Both the position numbers and the translations under genes were made by a program. A stretch of 64,000 bases of DNA from Phyllobates terribilis (Eukaryota), in assembly GCF_046119375.1 (NCBI RefSeq), contig NW_027362762.1, positions 667,058,001-667,122,000 of the forward strand. Direction: 5' to 3'. Below, piece after piece: positions 48,791 through 60,847 of this stretch (position 1 is the first letter of the stretch; each line of letters starts with the position of its first letter). The notes beneath the pieces were generated by a model. That model searched no databases. It was not told the DNA's origin and saw nothing but the letters and a program-made list of their open reading frames with translations.

Positions 48791-50199
48791 AATGATGCTA
48801 TGCCCAAAAGGTTTTACTTCACTAGGTGCAGTAAAAAAAATTGTATTCTATACACAGGTGGTGTAGCTTGCAACACAGATAGGCTACTCCACTGACTAAC
48901 ACACACTGCAAGAGGCCAAAAAGGATTTGCTTTGCAAGATTTAGCCAAATGCTGTGAAAAAACTCGCACAGCACTGGCACAGACCTGCCTGGCAAAAAGT
49001 GATAGGAACTGATGTAACCTAGCCCTCAAAATGACTGCAATTACAATTAGTCTTTACTCCCAACCTATCTATTTACGAGCACAGACCTGCCTGATAAAAG
49101 TCGTAGGAAATGATGTAACCTAGTCCTCAAAAAGACTGCAATCACAACTATTCCCTACTCTCAAGCTATCTGTAGATTTGTGCGAAAATTGGCTTGAAAT
49201 TAACACTGAAAGTATAGCGCACACAGCAACAGCGGTGCCGTCTAACACTCAGCTGCAGCAGTGAGAAAATGGTGGCGACGGGGAAAATGGCTGGGTCTTA
49301 TAGGGCAAGGACATGTGACATACACTGCCAATGACAGAGCTAGATGCTCAAATTCGAGCTGTTTTGGGCGGTGTTAGAGCCGTTCGGCGAACACGAACTA
49401 TTTGAAAAAAATTCGGCTGTTCGAGGTTATGTTCGATAACTGTTTGTGCACCAAAATCATAACTGGATTTTTTCTCAGTAATGCTGAAAATTAATGTTAA
49501 TATGCAGTTTGAGTGTACAGTGGGGCGGGGGGAGGGGCAGGGGATGGATCTCTGCAGGAATAATGAAGATCTCCATTTTTTTTTCTCTTTCCTGCATTTA
49601 CAGTGGGGAGGTGCAGTCTGTCAGCCTATCAGCAGCGCACACACGGAGCGAAGTGCTTTTTTTCACACAAGCAAGGGCATGTGTCATTGGCAGTGTATGT
49701 CACATGTCCTTGCCCTATAAGACCCAGCCATTTTCCCCGTCGCCACCATTTTCTCACTGCGGCACCGCTGTTGCTGTGTGCGCTATACCTTGTTAATTTA
49801 AAGCCAATTTTCGCACAAATCTACAGATAGCTTGGGAGTAGGGAATAGTTGTGATTGCAGTCCTTTTAAGGACTAGGTTACAGCATTTCCTACGACTTTT
49901 ATCAGGCAGGTCTGTGCTCTTAAACAGATAGGTTGGGAGTAAAGACTAATTGTAATTGCAGTCCTTTTCAGGACTAAGTTAGATTAGTTCCTATCAGTTT
50001 TTGCCAGGCAGGTCTGTGCCAGTGCTGTGCAAGTTTTTTTCACAGCATTTGGCTAAATCTAGCAAAGCTAATCCTTTTTGGCCTATTGCAGAGTGTGTTA
50101 GTCAGTGGAGTAGCTTATCTGTGTTGCAAGCTACACCACCTGTGTATAGAATACCAATTTTTTTACTGCACCTAGTGAAGTAAAACCTTTTGGGCATAG

Positions 50200-52365
50200 C
50201 ATCATTCTATTAGTCCATCTATACTGACCTCCATCAGGTTGCAAATTAAAAATAATTTTTATCTGCATCTAGCTCTGAAAAAATATTTGGCCTTCTAGCA
50301 GTGTGTGGGACTTGTTCTATTAGTCCATCTATACTGACCTCCATCAGGTTGCAAATTAAAAATAATTTTTATCTGCATCTAGCTCTGAAAAAATATTTGG
50401 CCTTCTAGCAGTGTGTGGGACTTGTTCTATTAGTCCATCTATACTGACCTCCATCAGGTTGCAAATTGAATATAATTTTTTTCTGCATCTAGCTCTGAAA
50501 AAATATTTGGCCTTCTAGCAGTGTGTGGGACTTGTTCTATTAGTCCATCTATACTGACCTCCATCAGGTTGCAAATTAAAAATAATTTTTATCTGCATCT
50601 AGCTCTGAAAAAAATATTTGGCCTTCTAGCAGTGTGTGGGACTTTCTCTATTAGTCCATCTATACTGACCTCCATCAGGTTGCAAATTAAAAATAATTTT
50701 TATCTGCATCTAGCTCAGAAAAAATACTTGGCCTTCTAGCAGTGTGTGGGACTTTTTCTATTAGTCCATCTATACTGACCTCCATCAGGTTGCAAATTAA
50801 AAATAATTTTTATCTGCATCTAGCTCTGAAAAAATATTTGGCCTTCTAGCAGTGTGTGGGACTTGTTCTATTAGTCCATCTATACTGACCTCCATCAGGT
50901 TGCAAATTAAAAATAATTTTTATCTGCATCTAGCTCTGAAAAAAATATTTGGCCTTCTAGCAGTGTGTGGGACTTGTTCTATTAGTCAATCTATACTGAC
51001 CTCCATCAGGTTGCAAATTGAATATAATTTTTTCTGCATCTAGCTCTGAAAAAATATTTGGCCTTCTAGCAGTGTGTGGGACTTGTTCTATTAGTCCATC
51101 TATACTGACCTCCATCAGGTTGCAAATTGAATATAATTTTTTTCTGCATCTAGCTGTGAAAAAATATTTGACCTTCTAGCAGTGTGTGGGACTTGTTCTA
51201 TTAGTCCATCTATACTGACCTCCATCAGGTTGCAAATTAAAAATAATTTTTATCTGCATCTAGCTCTGAAAAAATATTTGGCCTTCTATCAGTGTGTGGG
51301 ACTTGTTCTATTAGTCCATCTATACTGACCTCCATCAGGTTGCAAATTGAATATAATTTTTTTCTGCATCTAGCTCTGAAAAAATATTTGGCCTTCTACC
51401 AGTGTGCGGGACTTGTTCTATTAGTCCATCTATACTGACCTCCATCAGGTTGCAAATTAAAAATAATTTTTATCTGCATCTAGCTCTGAAAAAATATTTG
51501 ACCTTCTAGCAGTGTGTGGGACTTGTTCTATTAGTCCATCTATACTGACCTCCATCAGGTTGCAAATTAAAAATAATTTTTATATGCATCTAGCTCTGAA
51601 AAAATATTTGGCCTTCTAGCAGTGTGTGGGACTTGTTCTGTTAGTCCATCTATCCTGACCTCCATCAGGTTGCAAATTGAATATAATTTTTTTCTGAATC
51701 TAGCTCTGAAAAAATATTTGGCCTTCTAGCAGTGTGTGGGACTTGTTCTATTAGTCCATCTATACTGACCTCCATCAGGTTGCAAATTAAAAATAATTTT
51801 TATCCGCATCTAGTTCTGAAAAAATATTTGGCCTTCTAGCAGTGTGTGGGACTTGTTCTATTAGTCCATCTATACTGACCTTCATCAGATTGCAAATTAA
51901 AAATAATTTTTATCTGCATCTAGCTCTGAAAAAATATTTGGCCTTCTAGCAGTGTGTTCGACTTGTTCTATTAGTCCATCTATACTGACCTCCATCAGGT
52001 TGCAAATTGAATATAATTTTTTTCTGCATATAGCTCTGAAAAAATATTTGACCTTCTAGCAGTGTGTAGGACTTGTTCTATTAGTCCATCTATACTGACC
52101 TCCATCAGGTTGCAAATTAAAAATAATTTTTATCTGCATCTAGCTCTGAAAAAATATTTGGGCTTCTAGCAGTGTGTGGGACTTGTTCTATTAGTCCATC
52201 TATACTGACCTCCATCAGGTTGCAAATTGAATATAATTTTTTTCTGCATCTAGCTCTGAAAAAATATTTGGCCTTCTAGCAGTGTGTGGGACTTGTTCTA
52301 TTAGTCCATCTATACTGACCTCCATCAGGTTGCAAATTGAATATAATTTTTTTCTGCATCTAACC
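50200..52365. repeat. 110-bp repeat expanded to 20 copies upstream of the C-right transposase
   Basis: GCAAATT(AAAAAT/GAATAT)AATTTTT recurs every ~110 bp from 50241 to 52332. Confidence 0.97.
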
Positions 52366-52478
52366 CAGACAATAGTTTTGGCCTAATACCACAGTTTGGC
52401 CACTCAGCTCTGCTCGGTTCCCATCCATTGTTTTTTTGTGCAAACAACTCCAGAGTTGTGAATTAGTTAACCACCAAA

Positions 52479-55400
52479 ATGAGTGGAAAAAGGCCTGCTG
52501 CTGGTGGACAGGGGAATAGGCGTGTTGGGAAGGGGAAAAAAGGTTGTGTCCGTGGGGTAGGTGTTAAAGCAACAGTAACATCTGCAGAAGAAAGACCATC
52601 TTCCAGCCAAACTAAAATGTCTACTTCTTTTAGCGGACAATGTGATAAGATCCCTTTCTTATGGCCACGCCAATCGCTACAAATTCCAGATGAGGCACAA
52701 AAACAGCAGGTGCTTCAACTGATATCAAGTGCTCCTTTAAGTGGGCTCTCCTCCACATCAACTTCAACATCACAAATACTCCAGTCCTCAGAGGTGTCAC
52801 CCCAATCGCACTTGCTTCCTCACAGCTCCCAAATCTCCAGCTGCCCGTCTGAGTATGAGGTAGAACAGATGGTTGAGTCTGCAGAGCTGTTTACTCATAC
52901 TATAGCCTGGGAATCAGAAGTCGGCTCCAGCGCTTCTGTGAATCCAGACGAGGAAATGATCTGCACTGATGCCCAGAATCTTTATGAGTCGGATCCAGGA
53001 CCAGACGCAGAAGGTTCTGACCATAATGTAGAGCCTCATTCCCAAACTGTAACTCCTGTTGGTGGAGACAATGAGGAAGACGATGATGAGACTCAAATAC
53101 CTGATTGGAGTGACAACTTTAGTTTTTTGTCAGGGCAGGAACAGGTTGGCTCTGAGGACGACGGGTGTGATAACACACAGGGTGATGATGATGAGGTTGG
53201 AGATCCCACTTACTGTCAACCCACAGTCAGCCAAGAGATGAGGTCAGCAGAGGAGGTGGAGGAGGATGCTAGTGACGACGAGGTCAGGTTGCGCCTTCCT
53301 GGACAGAGACGTAGTATTGGAAGCACGTCAACAACTGCATCCTCAAACACAACTCTGCCTCTGACCACAAGTCGTGGTGACTCTTCAGGTCGCATGGGTG
53401 CTAAGCCTTGCATAGCCTGGGCATTTTTTCAGATCGATAAAGATGACCCAACTCGTGTTATCTGTAACATTTGTCAACAAAAACTAAGTAGAGGCCAAAA
53501 AATACATAGTTTGAGTACTTCATGCATGAACCGGCACATGGACATGAAGCATAAGTTGCAGTGGGAAGCTCACTGTGCTACAATGCGGCCTAGCAGGCCG
53601 GGCCAACCTCCGTCTGCCCCATCTTGTGCATCTGCGGCCTCTTCATCCTCTGTGACTGGGGGGACAGCAGTCACACCTGTTTTGGGACGCAGACCTGCCA
53701 CATCTTTACCCACAACAGCCAGCGTGATTGGCAGGTCATCATTTTCTTTGGAGGTGGTAACACCAGCTGGTGTTGAGCGCTGTCCGACATCGATAGCACC
53801 ACCTTTGGATCAAGGCAACCTAACATGTCCGCCTGCATCTTCCTCACAGACCGGCAGTTTGCCGGGGACACCCTTATCAACCCCGTCTAAGCACAACAGC
53901 CAGCACTCGGTCCCTCAGATGTGGAGAAGTAAAAGACCATTTCCTCCTAGCCATGAGAAAGCTAAGAGGTTGAATTTCACCATCTGCAAGCTCTTGGCTA
54001 CAGAAATGCTGCCTTTCTGCCTGGTGGACACAGAGGATTTTCGAGACCTTATGTCCGTCGCAGTGCCTCAGTACCAGATGCCCAGTCGGCACTACTTCTC
54101 AAAGAAAGGTGTGCCTGCGCTCCACCAGCATGTCGCACACAACATCACCGCTTCTTTGAAAAACTCTGTGTGTGACAGGGTACATTTCACCACAGACACT
54201 TGGACGAGCAGGCATGGACAGGGGCGTTACATGTCGCTGACTGGGCACTGAGTAACTATGGTGACAGCAGGACAAGGGGCTCCTGTCCAAGTCTTGCCGT
54301 CCCCACGAGTTGTGCGTCAATCCTCTTTATCTCAAAGTTCCTCCACTGCTTCTGCCTACTCAACCACCTCTCGGTCCTCCACCTGCACCCAAAGCCTGTC
54401 TGGTCATGCCACAAGCTTTCTAACTGCGCAGAAGGGATCCTGCACACCTCCTTACTATGCTGGTAGTAGGGCTCAACATCATCAAGCGGTTTTTATTTTG
54501 AAATGTCTGGGAAATGTGAGTCACACAGCTGAGGAGTTGTGGTCAGCTCTGGAGAACCAGTGTCATGAATGGTTGTCTCCACTGGACCTGAAACCAGGGA
54601 AGGCCGTGTGCAACAATGCTGCAAACCTGGGTGCGGCCCTTCGCCGGGGCAATGTCACACACGTGCCTTGTATGGCTCACATGTTGAACCTGGTTGTCCA
54701 GCAATTTTTAGCCCACTATCCTGGACTAGATGGCCTTCTGCAGAGGGCACGGTTGCTGTGTGTTCACTTCCGCTGTTCGCATTCCGCAGCTCAGCAACTT
54801 ACATCTCTACAGAATTTGTTGGGCCTGCCACTTCACCGGCTAAAATGCGATGTGCCTTCCCGGTGGATTTCAACTCTGCACATGTTGCAGCGACTGTGGC
54901 AGCACCGACAAGCCCTGGTGCAATACGCTCTGACGTATAGCCTGGGCCAACGAGATCCAGAGGTGGGGCAAATCACACTGGAGGAGTGGTCTCAGATCAG
55001 GAACCTATGCACCCTTCTGCACAGTTTTGAAATGGCGACGAAGATGTTTAGTGCTGACGATGCCATTATCAGCATGACTATTCCGGTGATTTACATGCTG
55101 GAGCACATGTTAAACAGAATTCGGAGTCAGGTAGTGGCACAAGAGGAGGTGGAGGAAGTAGAGGAGGAGGAGTTGTATGCGGAAGGGCTAACATCTGCAA
55201 GGTCCAGACGGTCGGCAGCACCAAGGCGGCAGGCATGTGAGGGTGGGGGAGATGGTTTTACCAGGGCGCATGGTAGCAGCCAAACTAGTGAGGAAGGTGC
55301 AGGAGTCCAGGAAGAAGTGGAGGACGAACTGATGGAAGACTCATCAGATGAGGGAGACCTTGATCACATTTCTGTTGTGCGAGGTTGGGGGGAGAGGACA

Positions 55401-56180
55401 GAGGAAGGAAACATGATTGTTACCTCGCCACCAACACAACAGGGACTTGGTACTCCTGGATGCACAAGACACATGAGTGCCTTCTTGCTGCACTACCTGC
55501 AACATGACCCTCGAATTGTGAGAATTAGAAATAATCCTGACTACTGGGTTGCCACACTGTTAGATCTTCGGTACAAAAGTAAATTTGCAGAAATTATTCC
55601 TGCCATAGAAAGGGATGCACGCATGCAGGAGTATCAGCAGAGACTGTTGCAGAATCTTACATGTGCTTTTCCACAAAACACCAGTGGTGCACTTAGTGAA
55701 TCTCACAGTTCCAACTTGCCAACCGTGGGACCGTCGAGTGTTCAGCACTCAAACCGTAACAGAAACACAGTATCTGCTGGTAACATCAATTTTGCGGAAT
55801 CATTTCACCACTTTTTTAGCCCATCCTTTGCAAGGCCACAGGAGACAAGAAGTCTGACACATAGTCAACGCCTAGAGACGATGGTACAGGAGTATCTCCA
55901 AGTAAACATTGAAGCCATGACTGTGTCACTGGACCCTTGCTCTTTTTGGGCTTCCAATCTGGATAAATGGCCGGAGCTCGCCACTTACGCCTTGGAGATC
56001 TTGTCATGCCCCGCAGCCAGCGTTCTGTCTGAACGTGTGTTCAGCGCTGCTGGTGGTGTGCTGACAGATAAGCGCACGCGGCTCTCTACTGATAATGTAG
56101 ACAGACTCACGTTCATAAAGATGAACAAATCATGGATCCGAAACGACTTTTCTACCCCTGTGTCATCCTGGGGAGAGTAA
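52479..56180 (+). pseudogene. Near-complete 1233-codon hAT transposase with one nonsense codon (TGA 54249-54251) and a catalytic D>N change
   Basis: ORFs 52479-54251 and 54258-56180 are in the same frame. GHW became GH*; CDNAAN became CNNAAN; BED, TTDTWTS and SERVFS are present. Confidence 0.95.
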
Positions 56181-56517
56181 AAGCTTGATGATTGGTTAAA
56201 ATCACCTCACCAACCGTTTTAAGCTTTCAAATTACTAGTAATCATGTTTATCTGAATCTTGGCTGGAAAATAATTTGGGCTTTGTAGCAGTGTGCAGTAC
56301 TGATTCTATTAGGCCATCTATACTAAGCTCCACCAGATTTAAAATCAATAATAATTTTTAGCTGCATCTAGCCCGGAAAATAATTTTGGGGCTCCGAGAT
56401 GCGCAAGACACATAAATGCCTTCTTGCTGCACTACCTGCAACATGACCCTTAGATTGTCAGAATTCTAAGTAATTCTGACTACTGGGTTGCCACACTCTT
56501 AGATCCCCCACACTCTT

Positions 56518-57881
56518 CGATCAACCTTTTCATTTTAATAAAGAACAAAAAAATGGTCATTTTTGAATTTATAAAGATTAGAAGGTTATTAGAAACTGAA
56601 ATCAAACAGTTTTCAACTCAAAACTTTATTCTAGGTGATGTTACATTTGCACGTAGGACCCCTTGTTCGAAAGGAGCTTCTGAACTCTCTCGTCCATTGA
56701 ATTTGTCAGGTTTTGGATGGTTTCTGCTTCAATTGTTTTGCATGAGGACAGAATACCCTCCCAGAGCTGTTGCTTAGATGTGAACTGCCTCCCACCATCA
56801 TAGACACTCCTTTTGATGATGCTCCAGAGGTTCTGAATGGGGTAGAGGTCAGGGGAGCATGGGGGTCACACCATAAGTTTGTCCCCTTTTATGCCCATAT
56901 CAGCCAGAGATGCAGATGTGTTATGTGCAGCATGAGACGGTGCATTATCATGCATGAAAATGATGTTGCTGTGGAATACACGGTTCTTCTTCTTGAACCA
57001 TGGCAGGAAGTGCTGTTTGAGAAAATCCACATACATTATGGAGTTCATCTTTACCCCTTCAGGGATCCTAAAGGGGCCGACAATCTCTCTCCCCATGATT
57101 CCAGCCCAAAACATTACTCCACCTCCTCCTTGTTGGTGCTGTAGCCGTGTTTGCGTGGGGTGTCCATCAACCAGCCATCCTCCACTCCATCCATCTGGAC
57201 CATCGAGCGTTGCACGGCACTCATCCGTGAACAAAACAGTTTTGAAGTCAGTCTTCATGTACTGTTTGGCCCACTGGAGCCGTTTCTGCTTGTGTGCAGT
57301 GGATAGAGGAGGTTGACAGGATGGCATACGCACAGCTGCAAACCTCTGAAGGACCCTGCATCTTGTTGTTCGGGGGACGTTGGAGGCACCAGCAGCTTCA
57401 AAAACTTGTCTGCTGCTATGACAAGGCTTTTTTGCCGCTGCTCTTTTAACCTGACGTAATTGCCTGTAGGAAAGAGTCCTCAATTTGCCCTTATCAGCAC
57501 GCACACGTGTGTACTGTGAATCAGCTACATACTTCTTGATTGCCAAGACACTTCATCCTGATCATCGCACAATGTTGATTGTAATCATGCCTTGACCTAA
57601 ACACTCCACAATTTGTTGCTTCTCAGCAGCCGACACATCCTTTTTCTTTCCCATTTTGGCAGAAAATGTAGGCTGCTTAATAATGTGGGAACGCCTTCTT
57701 AAGTAGTCTTGCCTTTCATTGGACACACCTGCCAAACTAATTAGCACAGGTGTCTGCAATTGCTTACAGTGATATAAAGAGCCCTGACACACATCACCAT
57801 CAATGAGTTTAACTGACAAACAAACAAATTCTTCCCTTATCACTCCTAAACACTGTTTGCATAATAATTTGGAACACAGTG
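56518..57881 (-). mobile_element. Tc1 element (cargo in C-right)
   Basis: Reverse complement of 892-2255; ORF 56866-57546. Confidence 0.92.
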
Positions 57882-57949
57882 TACATGTGCTTTTCCACAA
57901 AACACCAGTGGTTCACGTAGTGAATCTTATAGTTCTAACTTGCCAACCG

Positions 57950-58403
57950 TGGTCTGTATGGAGTTGTTCAATAAAGGGCCCAAAATTAAGATAACATAGA
58001 CGGGAGAGGTCTCTATGAATAGGAATTCCTAAGTATTTGATACCCTGTGAGGGCCAGGCAAAGGGAAAGTTGGACTGGATGGAATCCTGTATGGATTTGG
58101 GGAGGGAGACATCGAGGGCCTCAGACTTCGCTGCATTGATTTTAAAATTTGACCATGTAACAAAGTGATCTATTTCAGCCATAACAGCAGGGATGGATAT
58201 ATGTGATTGAGTGATATATACTAGGACATCATCAGCAAATAGAGAGCACTTGTACTCGGTGCCTCCCACCTCAATCCACCTAATATTGGGGCTATGGCGA
58301 ATTGATGAGAGCAGGTGCTCCGTCACTAGGATGTATAAGAGAGGGGACAGAGCACATCCCTGCCTTGTCCCATTGGTGATTATGAAAGGTGATGAAAATG
58401 CTC
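57950..58403 (-). pseudogene. L1 RT fragment, downstream of the solo LTR (C-right)
   Basis: QGCALSPLLY, FADD and YLGI in ORF 57913-58512. Confidence 0.9.
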
Positions 58404-59617
58404 TGACGCGCCCCCTGGGCCTTGAGACACCCGGTGCCGGACCCTTTTTGGTGGATGCTGGTGGTTGTAGTCTCCGTGGCGGCGACCCGGTTCCGTGGCT
58501 CAGGGCGGTCAAACCAGTGGCGGAACTATTTTTGTGGTTTTGATGTTTAAATGTCCGACTACGCCACCCGTGGATTGCGGTCAGAGTGAACCGCCGCTGC
58601 AGGGCAGACCGCTGAGGCTGGTGTTGTGGGTGCAGCAGAGCGTAGTATAACTCCCCACGGGAGGAGTATAGCCTCAGGGTAGTGTATGCGGATGATAGGG
58701 GTGATGGTGCAGGGCAGCAGCAGTAACGACACGGAGTCAGTGATGCAGTCCAGGGCCTTTACTCACAGTTCTTATTATCCAGACCAATTCTGCAGGTAAC
58801 GGCTGCCCACGTCGTACTGTGCTCACCAGGTGAGGTGCTCAGACAACTCCCAGATAACTTTGGAGCGCTTCACAGGACCCCCTTTGTGTGTCCTTTGTCT
58901 GGCCTTTCTTACCAACCCTTCTGTCCAGCTGCCTCGGGCCTCCTCTTGGTAAACTTGGCGCCAGTTTCCCTGACCCTATGTGGTGCCTTCCTAGCGGGTG
59001 TAGCGAGGGGCTGCGCCACATAAAATGTCACAGCCTCCGGTTTCTAGCTGAGGGTCGGTTCCCGCCTCCACTAGTTTCGGGGACCGGTCTCCCCCTTTGG
59101 CCTGACCCCTCCACGCAGGTGGATTCGGGCGTGCGGTGGCGACTCGCCCGTCCGCACCCCTGGGATCCCTTCGTTCCTCGTTCCTGGAGCCTTCTCCGCT
59201 CCTCTTCCTTCCTTCTCCCTCTTCCAGGCCTAGACCTCTGTTACTAGGCCTGCCTCCGGAGCAGAGCTCATGCAGAGCCCCTGCTCCCTGTCACTTCTGC
59301 TCAGACTTCTCTGCACTGAAATAAGATGGTGCCCACCTTTTATACTCCCTTCTCAATGCACCCAGGAACTGCTTTCTCCATGCTCCTGCACTACAGGGTT
59401 CCCCTTCCTCAGTGTTCCCTCCCCCCACTCCAGCCAGGGAAAAATACTGTCGTGCCCATCTCAGGGGCATATTGGTCGCCCAGCCCCATGGCAATGTGGT
59501 GTAATGCATGCAGGTGTCGGGTACTGATCCACACTCCATCCTTACCTGAGAGTGAGATATCACACCTCTGGGTGAGGTGCAATACGTCTGTAGCAACCGA
59601 GCCCTCAGGGTGCTACA
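58404..59617 (-). mobile_element. Gypsy solo LTR, 1214 bp
   Basis: Minus-strand termini TGTAGC...GCGTCA; 4-bp TSD GAAC/GAGC (GAAC in copy A) splitting the L1 sequence ATGGAAC|ATT. Confidence 0.88.
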
Positions 59618-59780
59618 GTTCCATTTATCTTCAGCCTAGGTGATGTATTGCTATACAGGGCCGTGATTTTGGCTATAAAAGGGTCCCCTAGACCCCTACC
59701 CCAAGCTTTTTAAGAGAATAATATATGGCGTGCCAGGAGACTCTATGGAATGCTTTCTCAGCATCCAACGAGAGTATCTA
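59618..59780 (-). pseudogene. L1 RT fragment, upstream of the solo LTR (C-right)
   Basis: Reverse complement of 6905-7060 (LSLDAEKAF). Confidence 0.85.
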
Positions 59781-59888
59781 ATTACAAATTTTTAACTGCA
59801 TCTAGCCCAGGAAATACTTTGTGCCTAGTAGCAGTGTCTGCTAGTCAGCGGATTATCCCGGCTGTTAAGCAAGCTACACCACCTGTAG

Positions 59889-60156
59889 TTTGGACACTTA
59901 ATTTTTTCAAAGGAAATGCTTCGGGACCACGGGATACTCAGTGAAGAGCATCAGGAGGCACCCCAAGGCATAGGGGCTGGGACTGGCGGTAGGACACCTT
60001 GCGGTGGACAGCTGAGCTCGATCCTTATAAAAGGTTTTGAACTGCAGCAGCTTTAGTGGACGCTACTGGAGCTGGAATTACGCGGCTGCTGGCATGAGAC
60101 TTGCCCTCCAATAGATCCTTGTAAAAGGATTTAAAGTGTATTCATTCAAATTAGAG
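59889..60156 (-). pseudogene. 18S rRNA fragment in copy C-right
   Basis: Reverse complement of 6432-6699; retains GGATCTATTGGAGGGCAAG. Confidence 0.92.
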
Positions 60157-60619
60157 AGACAATTTAAATTAAAAAGCTTAGAGCTGCCTCCACCACAGGG
60201 GGGCTCGCTCGACCCACCAGCGGACAGGCACCAGTATTGGGAGAGGGGGGCTGGCCGTCAGGGTCCACCGCGGCTCTGGCACAAACCCGGCGACACGGAG
60301 GTGGCACGGGCAGGAGCGGACTGAACGTGTCGGCTTCTCACTTTTTGGATTTTTGAAGGGCATGACATGCCTATATCTGTGTCTCCCCCTCCTTTTACTC
60401 CTCCACCTCTTTTCTTTTCGCATGACTATATGTACTTGTCACTTTTACATGTGTTAGTTATGTCTTCTGAGCAGTTTGTCAGCTTTTGGACACCTTTGAA
60501 GGTGTTTTCTATGTGTTTCTATGTGTTTTTGTTTGCCTGCCATTGGTTTTAACAGTGTTCGACGAACCGAACCGAACTCGAACACTACGGGGGTGGCTCA
60601 ACACTAATAATAAATTGTT

Positions 60620-60750
60620 GCACATAAAATTGGAAGAGTGTTTCAAGTGGGGTACCACAAGGCTCTGTCCTGGCCATAGTATTGTTCAACATTTTTATAA
60701 ATGATCTAGATAAGGGAACTGAAGGTAAACAATCAAATTTGCAGATGATG
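60620..60750 (+). pseudogene. CR1 non-LTR RT fragment
   Basis: [27 protein letters not shown]...KFADD. Confidence 0.85.
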
Positions 60751-60753
60751 TAA

Positions 60754-60805
60754 GGCTGGGTGCCCACGTAGCGTTTTTCAAGCGTTTATGCTGCGGAATT
60801 TCAGA
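60754..60805. mobile_element. 5' stub of the same Harbinger MITE family as at 36002
   Basis: TAA then GGCTGGGTGCCCACGTAGCGTTTTTCAAGCGTTTATGCTGCGGAATTTC. Confidence 0.65.
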
Positions 60806-60847
60806 CAGGAACGAGCGCTGCAGCCACGCCGGGGCCTCGGGGGTGAG

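Larger units (their letters stand above)
42738..49336 (-). mobile_element. Large hAT copy C-left (both termini lost)
   Basis: Colinear with copy B from the 18S piece to the 5' subterminal region: L1 stub 42995-43080, Tc1 3' half 43085-43857, repeats, transposase. Confidence 0.92.
49348..60606 (+). mobile_element. Large hAT copy C-right (5' TIR lost, 3' TIR intact)
   Basis: Begins at the equivalent of B 16165; ends GTGGCTCAACACTA at 60606; same cargo stack as copy A. Confidence 0.94.
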
